This document shows, one piece after another, positions 39,091-53,122 of a DNA stretch of 64,000 nucleotides (the first letter of the stretch is position 1; every line of letters starts with the position of its first letter). The notes beneath the pieces were generated by a model. The model did not search any database. It was not told the origin of the DNA and was given only the letters and a program-made list of their open reading frames with translations. A program made the position numbers and the translations under genes. The DNA is from Octopus bimaculoides (lineage: Eukaryota): positions 106,991,795-107,055,794 of the forward strand of contig NC_068981.1 of the NCBI RefSeq assembly GCF_001194135.2, in the 5' to 3' direction.

Positions 39091-41765
39091 GTATGTATTG
39101 CATGCGGGCCATGTTTTTACAGTTTTTCACTAAGAGGGCAGTTCACTTCAGTTATTATCACAGCATCTTCCTCTGCCTAATAATTTTACTTTACCTTGCT
39201 ATTTGTGTTCATTTACTATACTCCTTCTCCTCTTCTCTATTTCCTTCCTTACTCTTTTACTTCCTTTTTCTTCTGTATTCTCCTTTAGCTTAGCTGTGTC
39301 TTGTGGGCCCTTCAAATAATTATTGCCCAAGGACTCTGTGTGTGTGTATTTAAGTATTACAAATTTTACTTATAGTAGAACTAAGGAAGTAAGCACATTC
39401 CTTCTGTGCTTTGATGTGAAGAAAAAAGCGAGGAGTTTCTTGGCAGACTGTTTCATGATTTGTCAATGGCTACTTGAGAAAACATTCCTGGTCCCCTTTC
39501 TTAATCCATGGCACAGAATATTTAACTGTTCTATAAAACTAATGAATTAGTCTAACAACTGTTGAAAAGTTTAATTTGCATATTAAGATTTTTGATGGGC
39601 AATCATTAATATATATTTTATGCACAACACAGTATCAATCAGAGGAACTAAAATTTAAATATTACAAAAGCCTAGCTGTGTGTGAATGTGAATGCATCCT
39701 TTCTGTGCTTTTACTGCATGGAATAAAGAGAAAGATTTCACAGTTTGTCAACCACTCCTTAAAGGTGACGTACATTGTCTTCTTTCCTAATCAATGGCAT
39801 AGAATACTTAGTTGCTATGTAATACAATTGTAAATTAAGTTAGCACCTTAGTGAATAGTTTAATTTGAGTGTTTTGTGCTTTTGATAGGACATCAAAGCA
39901 TTGAAGGAATGTGCTGTGCCTAAAATGTATATTGTTTTGATTAACAATGAACTTTGTCGTATGGAGGTACATGTATATTAAAAGTGTATTAATTATGATG
40001 AAGCACTGATGAGATAACAAATAGGCATAGAGACATTTACAGTTGTGTAGAAGTTAGGTTATGAGATGAGAAAGAGATCAATAGTGTTTGGAATGTCTGT
40101 GTGTTTCTCTGCAATGCAAGGTTAGGATGAAACTAGTTTGTGTGTCTATATGCATGCATATGTGTGTGTGTTTATGTGCATATATATGTATATGTAAGGT
40201 ACACACATATATATATATGTGGATACTTACTCATGTATGTCCCCTTGGGCAAGTGTCCCTCTGTACAGCACCTTGGGCAAAGCTTTTGGAGTAGCTCATT
40301 CAGAGTGTGTGTAGGGGAAGGGTATCTATGTGTGAGTTCGTGTTGGCTTTCAGCATTATGTTTGTTCACTAGTTATAAACAATAGCGTCATCATTCATGA
40401 AGATAGTATCATTTGCTTGCAGTACAATATAAAAGTATATCCAGGCTTCTTGACATGTTTTGATATATTATGCAATCATTGTAAATAAAAGACCCAGTCA
40501 AATGATGCTATTTGTATCCAGTTCTCCATGAACCATGTTTGGGTTGTTGTTTGATAAACTGAGAGATTACTGTCTCACTTTGGGGTTGGCATCAGTAAGG
40601 GCATCTGGCTGTAGATAATTCTGCCCCAATGTACTTTCATCTGACCCGTGAAAAAGTAGGTATTAAAGCAATGATGTTGATGATATGTATGAATATTTGT
40701 GTGTGCATGCATACACAAACATGTGCATGCTAGCAGCGATACCCATCCATTTCAAGGTATGATATCTAAAATGTGTGCATGAATTCACTGTTTTGGATGA
40801 ATTGCTTCAAAAAGACTTGAGTAAGCTTGGAAATGTTGATTCACTCACATTTGTTACGTCCTAACAATTCAGAAGATGGTCCAAGCCAAGTGTCACAAAA
40901 ATGCACAAGAGCTACACAAAAATTATATACAGGAAAATATACTTGCACTATTTTTTTTTTTAATATATTTACTGGTAGAACCTGCATTTTTTTATTTCTT
41001 CACACTAATCTACTACTTGATATCAGTACTTTGTGTTTATTATTTCTCAAATCAGCAAAATTTTCTGAATATCTGTTTTGGAATATGCAAGATTCTGTCA
41101 GAAGATAAAAAGAAAGAAATTCAGATGTCGCATAGTCTTGATCTTCTTGAAAACTTGTACTCCCATCCAACATTTCACTGTGGGTGCAAAACTGTGGCCT
41201 ACAACTTGGAACATGCATATATGCATTTAAATTTATATATATTTGTTCAAAAGATATGCATATTAAGGTGTATGTGTACATATGAATAGATGTATGTGAA
41301 GGTGTGTGACCTAGTTGTTCGGGTGTTGCACTCACAATTGCTAGATCATGAGTTTGATTCCTGGACTGGGTGGTATGTTATGTTCTTGAGCAAAATATTT
41401 CATTTCATGTTGCTCTGTGGGTGGGAGAGTAGCAGAATTGTTGGTACATCAGCAGAAATGCTTTAAACTTCTGACTCTGTACATTCTGAGTTCAAATCCT
41501 ATCTGCCTGGAGAAGGCAACAGGAAACCACTCGGGTGTTCATCCCAAGTCTAGTCATGGTAGTTCCAGTAATCTACTTAATGGTGACAGGGGAAGGTACA
41601 GGCCCACCCAGATAGAGAGTGCTGGAGAAAGTTCATATGCACAGGACTTACCTAAATGCAGACCACCACTAGAGACTGCATACATACATATATTGCATAG
41701 CTGTATGCTTGTGTGTGTATATATGTATATGCATGTATACTTATGTATGTACATTTATGTATATA

Positions 41766-42126
41766 TAAGGGAGAGTCAAAAATTATATGCACTCTTGTTT
41801 TTTCAATGTATTTACACCAGAACAGAGGATAAACAAGTACATCATTTTTCTACATATTCTCTTTCCTTTTCAATGCACTTGGTCCAGTGGTCCACAAGCT
41901 TGCATATTCCTTCGAAGAAGAATGTTTTCAGTTGGTCATGCAACCATTTGTGCACCACTTCCTTCAAATCATCTGTAGGAAATCGATGACCTTGTAAACC
42001 ATCAGGCTCAAACTCCGATCACATGACCACAATAGCACCAACTATAAGCATGCATGTGCAGAGGACAATGTGACAATAATAAAGATATGTTATGGTGAAA
42101 GTGCTGATAATTTTTACTTCTCCTCG
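41766..42126 (-). mobile_element. Internally deleted mariner element
   Basis: TIRs TA|..AGGGAGAGTCAAAAATTAT and ATAATTTTTACTTCTCCTCG|TA. The minus strand encodes a mariner C-terminus, HRFPTDDLKEVVHKWLHDQLKTFFFEGICKLVDHWTKCIEKEREYVEK*. Confidence 0.85.
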
Positions 42127-42185
42127 TATATAAGAGTATATATGAAATGTGTGTGTGTGCATGTCTATATGTATTAAAAAAAAGT

Positions 42186-42422
42186 AAAGACCCACTTTGG
42201 TCAAGAACAACCATAGGATCACACCTAGTAAGTTATACTCCAATGCACAAATTCGGGCAAGGTTGTTTATGGAAGACCAGAAGTCGCCCATGCATGCCAG
42301 CCTCCCCTTTCCATATCACTGATGTTATCCAAAAGAAAGGCAGAGGCTGATACAGTGACATCGCAACTCATTTCTACAGCTGAGTGAACTGGAACAACAT
42401 GGAGCAAAGTGTCTTGCTCGAG
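42186..42422 (-). mobile_element. SINE fragment (same family as 60031-60378)
   Basis: Shared gtaaagacc...ttatggaagaccag.agtcgcccatgcat.ccagcctcccc...tacagctgagtgaactgga. Confidence 0.8.
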
Positions 42423-42888
42423 AAGCCACACTCATGTATATACCTATCTATGTGCATATGAGTATATTCATTCATTTTGCTTTCAGTTTTCCATGTTTAC
42501 ATAAGTAGAACAGTTAGGTTATAAGCAGTTTTTACATTTGGACACTTCTCTTATATTAGCCCTTCCCTGTACTCCACACAGCTTTGAAGGCACGGAGTGC
42601 TATACAATTTGTTGACAAGACAAACAACTATTTGCAGCGTTTTTGTGCAAGTGATTGCAGACATAAACAGACACACATCCATACAGACACACATACACTC
42701 ATGTCTTTTCTTCTGTTTTCCCCTCTACTAAGTCTCCTCACAAGACTTTGTCAGTGTAGGGCTATAGTAGACAACACTTGTGTAAGCTTTACACAGTAGA
42801 AGCCAAGTGGTGGACGAACAAACTTCTTAATCATACGACCATCCCTGTACATATGCGTGTGTGTATATATATGTTATATATATGTATG

Positions 42889-42923
<35 letters not shown>

Positions 42924-43523
42924 TTATAGGTGTGTGTGTTTGAGTATATATGCTTATACAGGAATGTATGTATAGATGTATATGTACAGATGCACAAGTA
43001 TACATTTCATTTGGTGTGAATACATGAGTTGAAAGGTTTTCTTGTATCTTGAGAGGGTCATTATGCCAATAACAAATAAACACACTGGTTCTATTTCACT
43101 TCTTGTATTATTATTATTAAACACATAGTTAACCAGTTAATTAACTCATCGATTGTTTGATTAACCATGCAGTCAATCAGTCAACTAGGTTCATCAAAGA
43201 CCTCTCATTGTCATTTGCAACCTCATCAATGATATGCCCTCTCTACTCAAAGACAGCTTCAGGTCTGTCTGCAGCAGACTTAGGACAGAGAAGGCATGTC
43301 ATTCACAAGGTCATGAAATAGTGAAGAAAGAACTTTCAAAAACCTAGCTGTTTTATTGATTGGCCGAAAAATTAATCAAACAATCAATTTAGTTAATTAG
43401 TTAACTAGTTGTCTAATAACATAGAGCCAGTGAGTGTGTGTGTTTATAATTAGTCTGAGGCTATTACAGTAGACACTTGCCCAAGGTGCCACATGGTGTA
43501 ATTGAATTCAGGTGCGTGCTTGT

Positions 43524-43569
<46 letters not shown>

Positions 43570-43605
43570 ACACAAACACTAAAGTGTATATGTATGTATA
43601 TTTTG

Positions 43606-43637
<32 letters not shown>

Positions 43638-43736
43638 CATACGTGTACACATGCATATATATGGAGTATAATAAATATGTAAATACATGTGTGCATATAT
43701 ATATATATATGTTTGTGTGTAGTGTGTGTGTGTGTA

Positions 43737-43784
<48 letters not shown>

Positions 43785-45234
43785 CACACATATATATACA
43801 TACACACACATACATTTGATCTGTATTTTTATGTGCATAATCATACTTGAAAAGATGCCCAGTTGGACTGGTTTTGTGTCCCTTTTTTGTTTTCCAACTT
43901 TGTACCCACTATATCTGTTTGTGTGTGTATCTCCCCACTGTCTCCTTATCTTTTCTACTCTTTTTCCTCTCCTTTGTGTCATTCTTTCTGTATTATTTGA
44001 CTTGATGTTTTTGTTTTGTTTTATTTTTTTCAATTTTGTTAATTATTAACATTGGTGTATTTATAAAATGTAAATATAGTAATACTAATAAGCTTGTTTA
44101 TTTCAATTAAATTTCATTTTTTTTTTTTTTTTAAATGAAATTCTTGCATTTTCTGCTTGACTCCTTATAATCAATGATATCTATTGATGGTTTATATTTC
44201 TCGTTGACTTCTGAGAATGAATTGAATATTATGAGTTCCATACTTTCCAAAGAGCATTAGTGGCATAGACTGAATAACCACATCTTCCTGGATCATTACC
44301 TTTCTTTAACTACACTCAGGTTGCAAGCAATTTTTTTCAAAAATCTATTCAGTATTTTGTTAGTTTAAAATGTCAGTTTTGACTGAACACTGCTGCAAAA
44401 TCCAAATATCTTTTAAGATAGCTTTCCATTTAGAATAGTAGCCTGTAAGTATGGGGTGGATTAACATTATCAGCATGTCACCACAATTGGAGTTCAAGGC
44501 TTATTGACATCAGCTGTGTCTTTCATCTGACTAGAGTCAATAAAATAGTACTGTTAAGAAGCTGGGGTCAGTTCAGTTAACTATATTCACTTTTCCCTTT
44601 GTACTTAAGGAAGAAATCAATATTATCGACAGGATTGTTGCATCCCTTCTCAGATGTTTTATGCCTTGCTTCTTATTTTTGTTTTGCTTGCTTTAATTTT
44701 TGTTTTGTTTGTTAATTTAAAAAATTTTTTTGCATTAGTTGTCACTGTAGTTTTCTTCTTCATTGGGGGTATTGGTGGAATTTAATGTTCATTATAATAT
44801 TATAAAACAAGAAATTTTAAAATACTAATGAGCCTTTTATTTCAATTAAATAGATCAATTAGTTGGTGAAGCAATTCACTACCTGGATTGATTGTGATAG
44901 AAACCTTGAAAGTTTATTAGTTTAAGAAATATATATTTCCTTTCCTCTTGTATGATATTACTACTAACTCATGTTTTAGGCTACTGATTCTGCTTGCAAT
45001 TAATCTCTACCGTTTCTATAGTTACATTTAATCTGTAGTTATAAATAGTAATCTGGTATTTGGTATTTTTAGATGTGCTACACAACCTTATTGAAACTTT
45101 GAAATACCTTCAAAGAAGATTTATTTTGTGTACAGATAAAAATAAATTCATATTCTCTTAAATTTCGTAAAGATTATATGTATTTTTTTATTCATTTGAT
45201 TTTGTATTTTAGAGGATATTTTCCCTATGTGTTC

Positions 45235-45266
<32 letters not shown>

Positions 45267-46149
45267 CTAAATTATATGTTCATTACTTTGATTCTTACCC
45301 TGCCACATACCCTCTTCTCCCTATTACATATTGTACTACCCCTGTTATTTTCTCATGATCCGTACTCTTCTCTAGTTTGCTGTCATATCAAGCCAATTAG
45401 ATTAGATGCACACTGTAGGTATTTTTATTGTCTATCCATAGTCTTCACCCTAGTTAATAACATGCATGTACACTTTATTTTCTTTCCTAACTGTCAATGT
45501 TAAATTTTACTGGGTAGCAGTATAGATTTGAAACAACTTTTTTTGTGCTTTGTTGAATGTTTGGTGTAATAACTAATTGTCCCAACCTGTATGTGATATA
45601 TTAGGCAAAAAAAATAACAGTTTTCTCACTGTCTTTTAGCATAATAGTCAGTATGTATATATGTATGTGAGAGTGTATATATTATATATATATGCTGAAA
45701 CACACACATAAATATTCATATAAATAGATACGAAGATTTCCTGTTGAGAATACAGCTTTTATATTTTGTAAGAATGTAACCATAGCTAGATGGAACAGTT
45801 CTAACATATGGTTGTTCACCAATTCAAAGACATTTATTTACCTTTTTCCATAAGAGTTATTGATTTTCAGCATTGTGTTGTTCAGCTGGATCACTCCCCT
45901 GACCCCACTCTCCCAATACCATTGTATATCACTGTTTTCTCTCTCTGTGAATGCATGTCAGCAAATCTATTTGTAAAGCATAGCTTTACAGAAGAAACAA
46001 AAAAAATGTATCTTTAATATATTGGTATGATGTTTTTCCCATATATTTTTACTGTTGACTTTTGGGTTTTTATTTATTTTTTTTTTTTTGTTGCACAATT
46101 TTATTATTTAAATTCGCATTTTTTTTTTTTTTCCCTCCTTGGTCATAAG

Positions 46150-46179
46150 ATAAGACTGAACGTAAGTTGTTAAAAAGAG
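46150..46179 (+). CDS. GALNT: Candidate GALNT microexon with two donors: 12 nt (D)KTE or 30 nt (D)KTERKLLKR
   Basis: Poly-T tract ...ccctccttggtcataag| then AAC|gtaagt (46161/2) and GAG|gtaagc (46179/80); both lengths 3n and open in phase 1. Confidence 0.6.
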
Positions 46180-49100
46180 GTAAGCCGAAATTCATTTATA
46201 CTGGTACTAAAAGAAATAAGTAAAATGCTTGGAAAATTTTTTTGGGAATATTTTAATATATCCATGTATATAAAGTCTGGATATTAGTGCATTTTTTTGT
46301 TTTTATTTTTAAATTCCAAATTGTATTGGTGCAATTTGTTTTTTTATCTTTATGTTTTAGTTATACATTCTGTGTTTAGTTAATATTTTTGAGTAAGTTA
46401 TGGAGATGGAGAATATTTTGGTTCTTTTAAAAATTTTAATATATGGAAATGAAGCAACTCTTGATTTTATTTTAAGGAAAAAAGTAATAACAAAAAAAAA
46501 AATTTTTAATCAGAAACTGAAAAGTTTTCCAAATATAAAACTTTAAAATTGCAAGGATATGCAGTACAGGTGTGACTACCATTCCCATAGTTGTAGATGC
46601 ATGACCATTTTGTTAAGTTTGCTTAGAAAGCACGAGTTTCTGAGTTCAATGCTACTGCACAACATCTTGAACAAGTATTTTCTGTTATAGTCTTGTGTTG
46701 ATCTGAGCCTTGTTGAGTGAAATTGAATGGATAGAAACTGTGCAAAAGCTAGCCTTGTCACAATGTCAGATTAGACTACAAATGTCTATGGAATGCTAGC
46801 TAATCATTCTTCATAATCATCTGAAGTCCATCAGATTAATGAAGAGAATGAAAATAAAACAATTTTTTTTTAAATGCGAGGACAAGCAGTTGAACTCTCT
46901 CTAGGTACAAGAACATACCACATATGCACAAACATGGATTGTTGTTGTTTTTGCCAATAGTGAAAATGTTCATGTATATCAGTATGGTAAATGAAATTAG
47001 CAGTATAATGGTTATAGTAATGTATTTACCCATTCTCAGTACATTGTGGCAGATTCAAACATGAATATGCTGATCACTATTGTTTTGCTTCATCAGAAAA
47101 CACTTCCTCTCTATAGACAATGTGTGTTCATAACACATATGATTCATTGATGTAAGGGAGCTTTGAGACACCAGAGTTTCAACCTTATTGTGTGTCTCCT
47201 TAGTCAAACCTGCCCCTGGATCAATAAATCAGACAAAAGTACATGCCCTTTATTTACAGAAATCAGTTAACCAATTATTTGGTGATGCATGCTGATATCT
47301 GCCAAACTTATAATAATTCATGTGTTGCACACTGAACAGCAAGAATCCAAGCAAGAACATATCTGTTCATTCTCAATATATTCTAGCAGATTTAAACTAG
47401 AATATGAGAACGGATACATTATTGTTAGGATTCTTGTTGTTCTGCATGCATCTCATGAATCAGTATCAGTTCAGCATGCATTAGCGAATGATTTGTTTGT
47501 TGATTTCCTTAAACAAGAACCAGTACTCTTGTTAGATACATTGATTGCAGGTGCAGGGTGGGGGCAATTTGACTGAGGAGGCGCACTATAAGCTGAAAAA
47601 CTATGGAGTCTTAAAATAACCTTATATCAATGAATTGTGTATTTATCCCCACTTAAAACTGGATGTTGTGTTAGAACAATCTTTACTGCAGTAGTTACCT
47701 TGAGAAAACCTCTCATGTTGGCTTTTGGTGCAAAGTGCATTCTTGTCTCTGTGTGTGTGTGTGTGTGTGTTATGAACATGCATCATCGAAAGGTAGGAGA
47801 TACTCTCCGATGAAAAGGATCAGTGATCAACATGTTCCATCTGAACTTGCCAGAACATATTGAGAATGGATGAATATGATATTGTTTGGATTCTTGCTGC
47901 TCACAATGCACCTCATGATTATAATGATAGTAGTTATTTTGGATACTTTTTCTTTCATAATTTAATTATGTTCTTATCAAAGTAAAATATTTAATAATTG
48001 GAAATGCTTGTATGAAGCTACTCTTTAAAGTGATACAAAAGCAATTTAGAAATTGAGAGATGTTTTAAAAAGACTTCTGTAAATGGTGTATAGACTATCC
48101 TGTTGAAAAGTTTAAGAAACCTGCTAATTAGATTGTATTATTAGAAGGAAAGAAATTAAGGTGAAATTTTGTCATAGAAAATAAACTGAACTGTGCATTT
48201 TGTAATCTAACTTGCAAATATCTTTGCTGAAATTTAATTTTAAAAAATTTGTTATTGTGATCAATATGGATACTACTTCAAAGTATTGTTTAGCTGCAAG
48301 TTAACCCTGATAGAACAGACCTTATAATTAAATATGATACAACTATGACCATACCACCGTTTGTGAAATATCTGAGACTATATTATCTAATGTTTTGGTG
48401 GAATTTATAAAAGTGATCTAGTTGTTGTTGTTGTTGTTTAACTCCAGGTTTGTCTTCATAAGAGATACTTTTACTTAAAGGCACTTATGTTTGCCTTGGG
48501 TATAGCATTTTTATTAACACAGTACATGTAGGACCATGTTATCGTTAAAAAGATTGTCGGGTGTGATAGAAAGAAGTTTTAGCTATCATTTCTAGCAGAT
48601 CCAGCAGACTTGAAGTGGCCCCTTTGCTTCAGTGGTTTCATTCCTGGTGATTTATTTTTGCTTAGCACCTCCCCCACCACCATTCTTGCTTAACACAAAT
48701 GATTGCCTTTTTTTTTTTTAATCTAACACATTACAATGATGAGCTATGTTCAAAGAGTATTCTGTCAGTTCTTATTTTAGCAAGCAAGTATAATCAATTG
48801 CTCTTCTATATGAATATAATATTGGTATTCATGAATTGAAGTCAATCCTTAGTACATGTATAGTGAAAAAGAATAGAGAGTATCTAGATGATGGTTAGAG
48901 CATAAATCTATATATAATAGACTTATGATTTGCAGAGTAGATCGTATTGTTGGCTGTAATGACATGACATGATTATCTTTGGAAAGGGCTAATGGGAAAT
49001 GCAGTAACAGGGAGCATTAATTTATACAGATGTACCATACATTATCTTTCATCTATTCATCACTCTGGGAATTTATTGATCAAGGAATTAGGCATTAAAT

Positions 49101-49202
49101 GTCCATCAGACTTTAGAAAGCTCTAGTTCATTAATTTTGTTAAATGACTTAACCGAAAATGTTTAATCAGTTTTTTGAATTAACTGAGATTAACTGTTAT
49201 AG

Positions 49203-49235
49203 ACATTAATGTTGTGCTATTGTCTGTTATGCATG
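49203..49235 (+). CDS. GALNT: Candidate 33-nt microexon, (D)INVVLLSVMH
   Basis: ttaactgttatag| ... ATG|gtatgt; length 3n and open, but the pyrimidine tract is short and the peptide is hydrophobic. Confidence 0.3.
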
Positions 49236-49804
49236 GTATGTAAATTAATACTTCTAATTAGGATATTACAGTAAAGTGAATAGCAATGGCCATTGGGATG
49301 GAATCTTCTAGTTAAGGGACCATGGTTCAAAACACATTTAGGAACTTTTACAATCTACACAATACAGTTGGAAAACAGCTAACTGTATTGTAGATTGCAG
49401 AACAATAAAATGGAAAATATTGTGGCTACAGCAGGAATGTTTTGAGAGAACAGATAAGGGCACTAACAAATGCAAGCAGTGACAGCACTGTAAAGTAATG
49501 AAATGTTCTGGTAATATGCTGTAATGAATTCAACTCTTGTTATAGATTAAAATGGCTTACTGCATGAAGACAAAATCTTTAGTGATTTCTTTATGATTCA
49601 ACATGTTTATGGATTCACCACCATTTTCACTACCATCTTGTAGTACTATTTTTAGTACTACATGATGGAAAAATTGTCAACTCTGACAGAGTTTGAAATA
49701 TGGCAGCCAACGAGGCAACCTCTGTGCAGTCACTAAACTTTTCAGAAATAGCAGTCAGGTCACTCTCATACTTTACTATCTTAAATAAGGAAAGGATATG
49801 TTAA

Positions 49805-50024
49805 ACCTTTAGCATTTAAACCAGCCATATCTGGCCAAAATAATCCACCTCTTTTATCTTCAAACTGGCCAGCTCTGACCTCTCATACTTACCCTATGAT
49901 ATTATTCTAAAAATAAATAATCATGTCATTGAAATCTTAAAGTTTTAAGGCAATGCACGACTAATTGATATCAGTGTGAGTAAATAAACATTACACTTGA
50001 CAGAGAAATTTGAATGCTAAAGGG
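49805..50024 (+). mobile_element. piggyBac-like MITE copy
   Basis: ttaa.cctttagcatttaaaccagccatatc...tgaatgctaaaggg. Confidence 0.75.
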
Positions 50025-50749
50025 TTTAATTTTACATATCCGTAAAAAGATAGTACATTTACAAATGAAATGCCTTTAGTTATAGGCTTGCTTGATAAGG
50101 GTTGCCCTTGAACTAAACAACAGGAGAGACCATGTAAATTTTTATTAAAAAATCATCTATTCAGAATCTACTTATCTTTTTCTTATCTCCATTACACAAC
50201 TGATGATAATATTTACACGATCACCATATTTTGACTTCAATTCAAAGTGTTATCACTGACCATTCTGAAGTTCTGTATGAACTCTTCCCCAGAAACAAGG
50301 GTAGAATTTTTAGTGGTTCCTTCTATGATGTAATAGGTTTTGGAACTCTTCATAAGTTTTACTCAAAACATATCTATTGAAAATAAATGGTGGGCACGAT
50401 ATCCATAACAGTACAGTCGTGGTGATGTAAAGTAGTTAATAGAAAGAATTCTGGACCCAACTCTTCAGCAAAGAATTAGATTGATAGCTTTTCAATTAAA
50501 TGCAGTATTGTGACATTTGTAGACATCCATTATGTCAGCTAAAGGATTCTTTTATTATCTAACAGCTTTACAATCTAGTCTGTCTCGTGCATCAGTATTC
50601 TGCTTTGACTGCAGTGTGAAATTTCCAGTGTACTAAAGTATTCCTGCTTTCACATGGAGTACAGACAGTTTACTGCATAATCTACTTTTGGCACTTATAA
50701 AATTTCCTCATTTTCAGTATCCTCATTCAATGTCCCTTTTATCATGCTG

Positions 50750-51800
50750 ACATGGGCTAGATGGTTTGACAAGAACAGACAAATGAGCAAGAGGGCTCTG
50801 CCATGTTCTATGTCTGCTTTGCCATGCAGTTTACACTGAGTACACTGTATGGAATTTCTACCCTCATCTTGTCTACATATGGAACAGGGTTATTTACCCA
50901 GAGATTAGTGTTCTGTCTGTTTTCCTGTTAATTAGAACTGTAGTCTTTGCTAAGTTAACCTTAAAACCCTTTGATTCCAGGTTTTGCTTCCATACTTGGA
51001 ATTTAATTCTGATTCTTCTACTCGTTCAATTATAATAACAAGGTCATAAGTGTAGAGGAGTTCCCATGCACAACCAGTATTAAATTCCTCTGTTATGGCC
51101 TGGTGGAGTATTATAAATGGGAGGGGACTGATAAGTGAACCTTGACAAATTCCTACCTGCACACTAAATTCACTACTGTACTCATTGTTAACTCTCACTT
51201 TGCTAGCAGCATCTCTGTACATGGCTTGAACAGCTCTCACTAGCTTTAGCAGCCACCACCAAATAGGGAAATCAAGACACCTTGTCAGAGGCTCTCCCCA
51301 GATCAACAAATGATAAGTACAGTGGTTTATCTTTTGCTAAATACTTCTCCTGTACCTTCCTGCACAACTTGATTAACTATCAAGTGACTGGGCTAAATAC
51401 TACACCACCAGATATTTTAAGCATTTCAGAGGTAATTCTTGATGAACCAGGGGTTTTCTCAATCTCATTTTCTTCATTACTTTATCTATAACACCGTTAT
51501 CAACACAAATGGCCGAACCCCCTGTTGAAATCACATTAGGAAGCCTCTCATTTCCATACATTCGCCACATTTAATAACCTTTCATAACACTTCCATACTT
51601 TCTTCTTTTCAGAATCACTAAATGCAAGCATGCCATCACCCTTCTGCATACATTTCTCTCCCACATCTTGATTTTCTTTGGTACACTGCCTCCACTAAGC
51701 AACAATAACTCCTTAGCTGGTTGGTTTGTTAAGGCTGACTTTGCTCTCTTCGAAGATCTTTGTTCCAATAGAACAAAGTGTTTTCCCATTACAAACCTTG
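50750..51800 (-). mobile_element. Decayed RTE LINE fragments
   Basis: WWLLKLVRAVQAMYRDAASKVRVNNEYSSEFSVQVGICQGSLISPLPF...WELLYTYDL, a degenerate YADD region. Confidence 0.8.
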
Positions 51801-51806
51801 ACTGTA

Positions 51807-52642
51807 CATGAAGGTACCCAAACGTTCTCTGTGGGACAAGCCTATTGTAGTTCAAGTTTCTGCCACTAGAAGCCACTTGATGTGACCCTCAGGCATCAGT
51901 CTGCCAATCAGCATCGTCGGATATAGTCCTACAGCCATGAGGTGCATTTTGATGGCTGAAGCGAAAGAACAGCATGCTTCCATGAAATTCTGTTTTCTGC
52001 TGAAGAAAACAGTGGTTGAAACAGTTGTCATGCTTCAAACAACTTATAAGGATGCTGCCATGAGTAAAAGACACAAGTTTACAAGTGGTTTTCATGCTTT
52101 ACAAATGATCACTTGTCGCTTGAAGACCAACCTCATTCAGAGTAACCGTCGACCTCCTGAACAAATGGAAACATCATGAAAATTCATGAACTGATTGTGG
52201 AGGACCGTCGCTAAACAATTGATGAACTTGTTGATATAACTGTGTCCTAGAGCTCCTCCTAACAAATTTTAAGCAAGGGATTCCAAATGAAAAGAGTTGC
52301 AGTAAAATTTGTACCTTGCTTGCTCGTGGAAGATCAAAAGCAATCACAACTGAATGTGTGTTGTGAACTGAAAGAACAGTTGGAAGTTGATCCAGACCCT
52401 TTTTCAAAAGTCATCACTGGTACTATTTGCAGATGTGGAAGAGGTGAAGAAAAAATGATGAAGGCGTTAAAAGGCATCACTTCACATGAGTTCCAGGACT
52501 GCTTTGAATAGTGGAAAATGCATCTGGACTGATGCTGTGCTTCAAATGGAGAATACTTTGAAGGTGGTAAAAGTGTAAATATGTAAAACTAGGTGAATAA
52601 AATAATATCGCAAAATTCCGGTTTCTTTGGGGTACCTCCTCG
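51807..52642 (+). mobile_element. Internally deleted mariner transposon
   Basis: Imperfect TIRs TA|CATGAAGGTACCCAAA and TTTGGGGTACCTCCTCG|TA. Peptides EQHASMKFCFLLKKT..., KFVP (WVPHEL-equivalent), FSKVITG (first catalytic Asp region), then a jump to ...NGEYFEG. Confidence 0.88.
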
Positions 52643-52914
52643 TATTTATAGAAAAGCTTAAATGACAAATGTTATTAGAAATGTAGATTAAGGGAAAGAA
52701 AGTACAAAAATTCAGCCCTTAGTGGCAGTGACAGCAGTAGCATAAGGCTAAGAAAGGATATAATGAATTAAATGAGTCCTAGACTTAACTGGTACTTAGG
52801 TTATTGGCCCTGGAAGATTAAATGGCAAAATTGACCTCAGCTGGATTAAAATTTAGTATATAAATGAATATAACTAAATACTATTTCTGCCAGTTCACTG
52901 CATGAATAATGATT

Positions 52915-53122
52915 TCAAATTTTTGCCACAAGGGCAACTTGGAGGAGAGGATTAAGTCGATTACATCAACCCCAGTGCATAACTGATACTTATTTAATCA
53001 ACCCCAAAAGAGTGAAAGGCAAAGTCAATCTTGACGGAATTTGAACTTAGAATGTAGCAGCAGACAAAATACCATTAAGCATTTTGCCTGGCATGCTAAT
53101 GATTCTGCCAGCTCACTGCCTT
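52915..53122 (-). mobile_element. SINE family C
   Basis: Core as at 12525 and 30005; additional degenerate copies at ~52760-52900 and 53190-53310. Confidence 0.8.

Noticed and set aside
40875-40940. EDGPSQ... after a cag as the next GALNT exon
   Set aside because: Does not continue as GPGE.GK and has no convincing donor.
42487-42504. Further 3n segments (42487-42504, 37209-37244, 50566-50577, 53781-53789, 61634-61657)
   Set aside because: In frame, but the donors are too weak to call without transcript data.
43464-44049. [12 protein letters not shown] ORFs (also 15156-15581, 17101-17301, 56022-56298)
   Set aside because: Translations of dinucleotide microsatellites.
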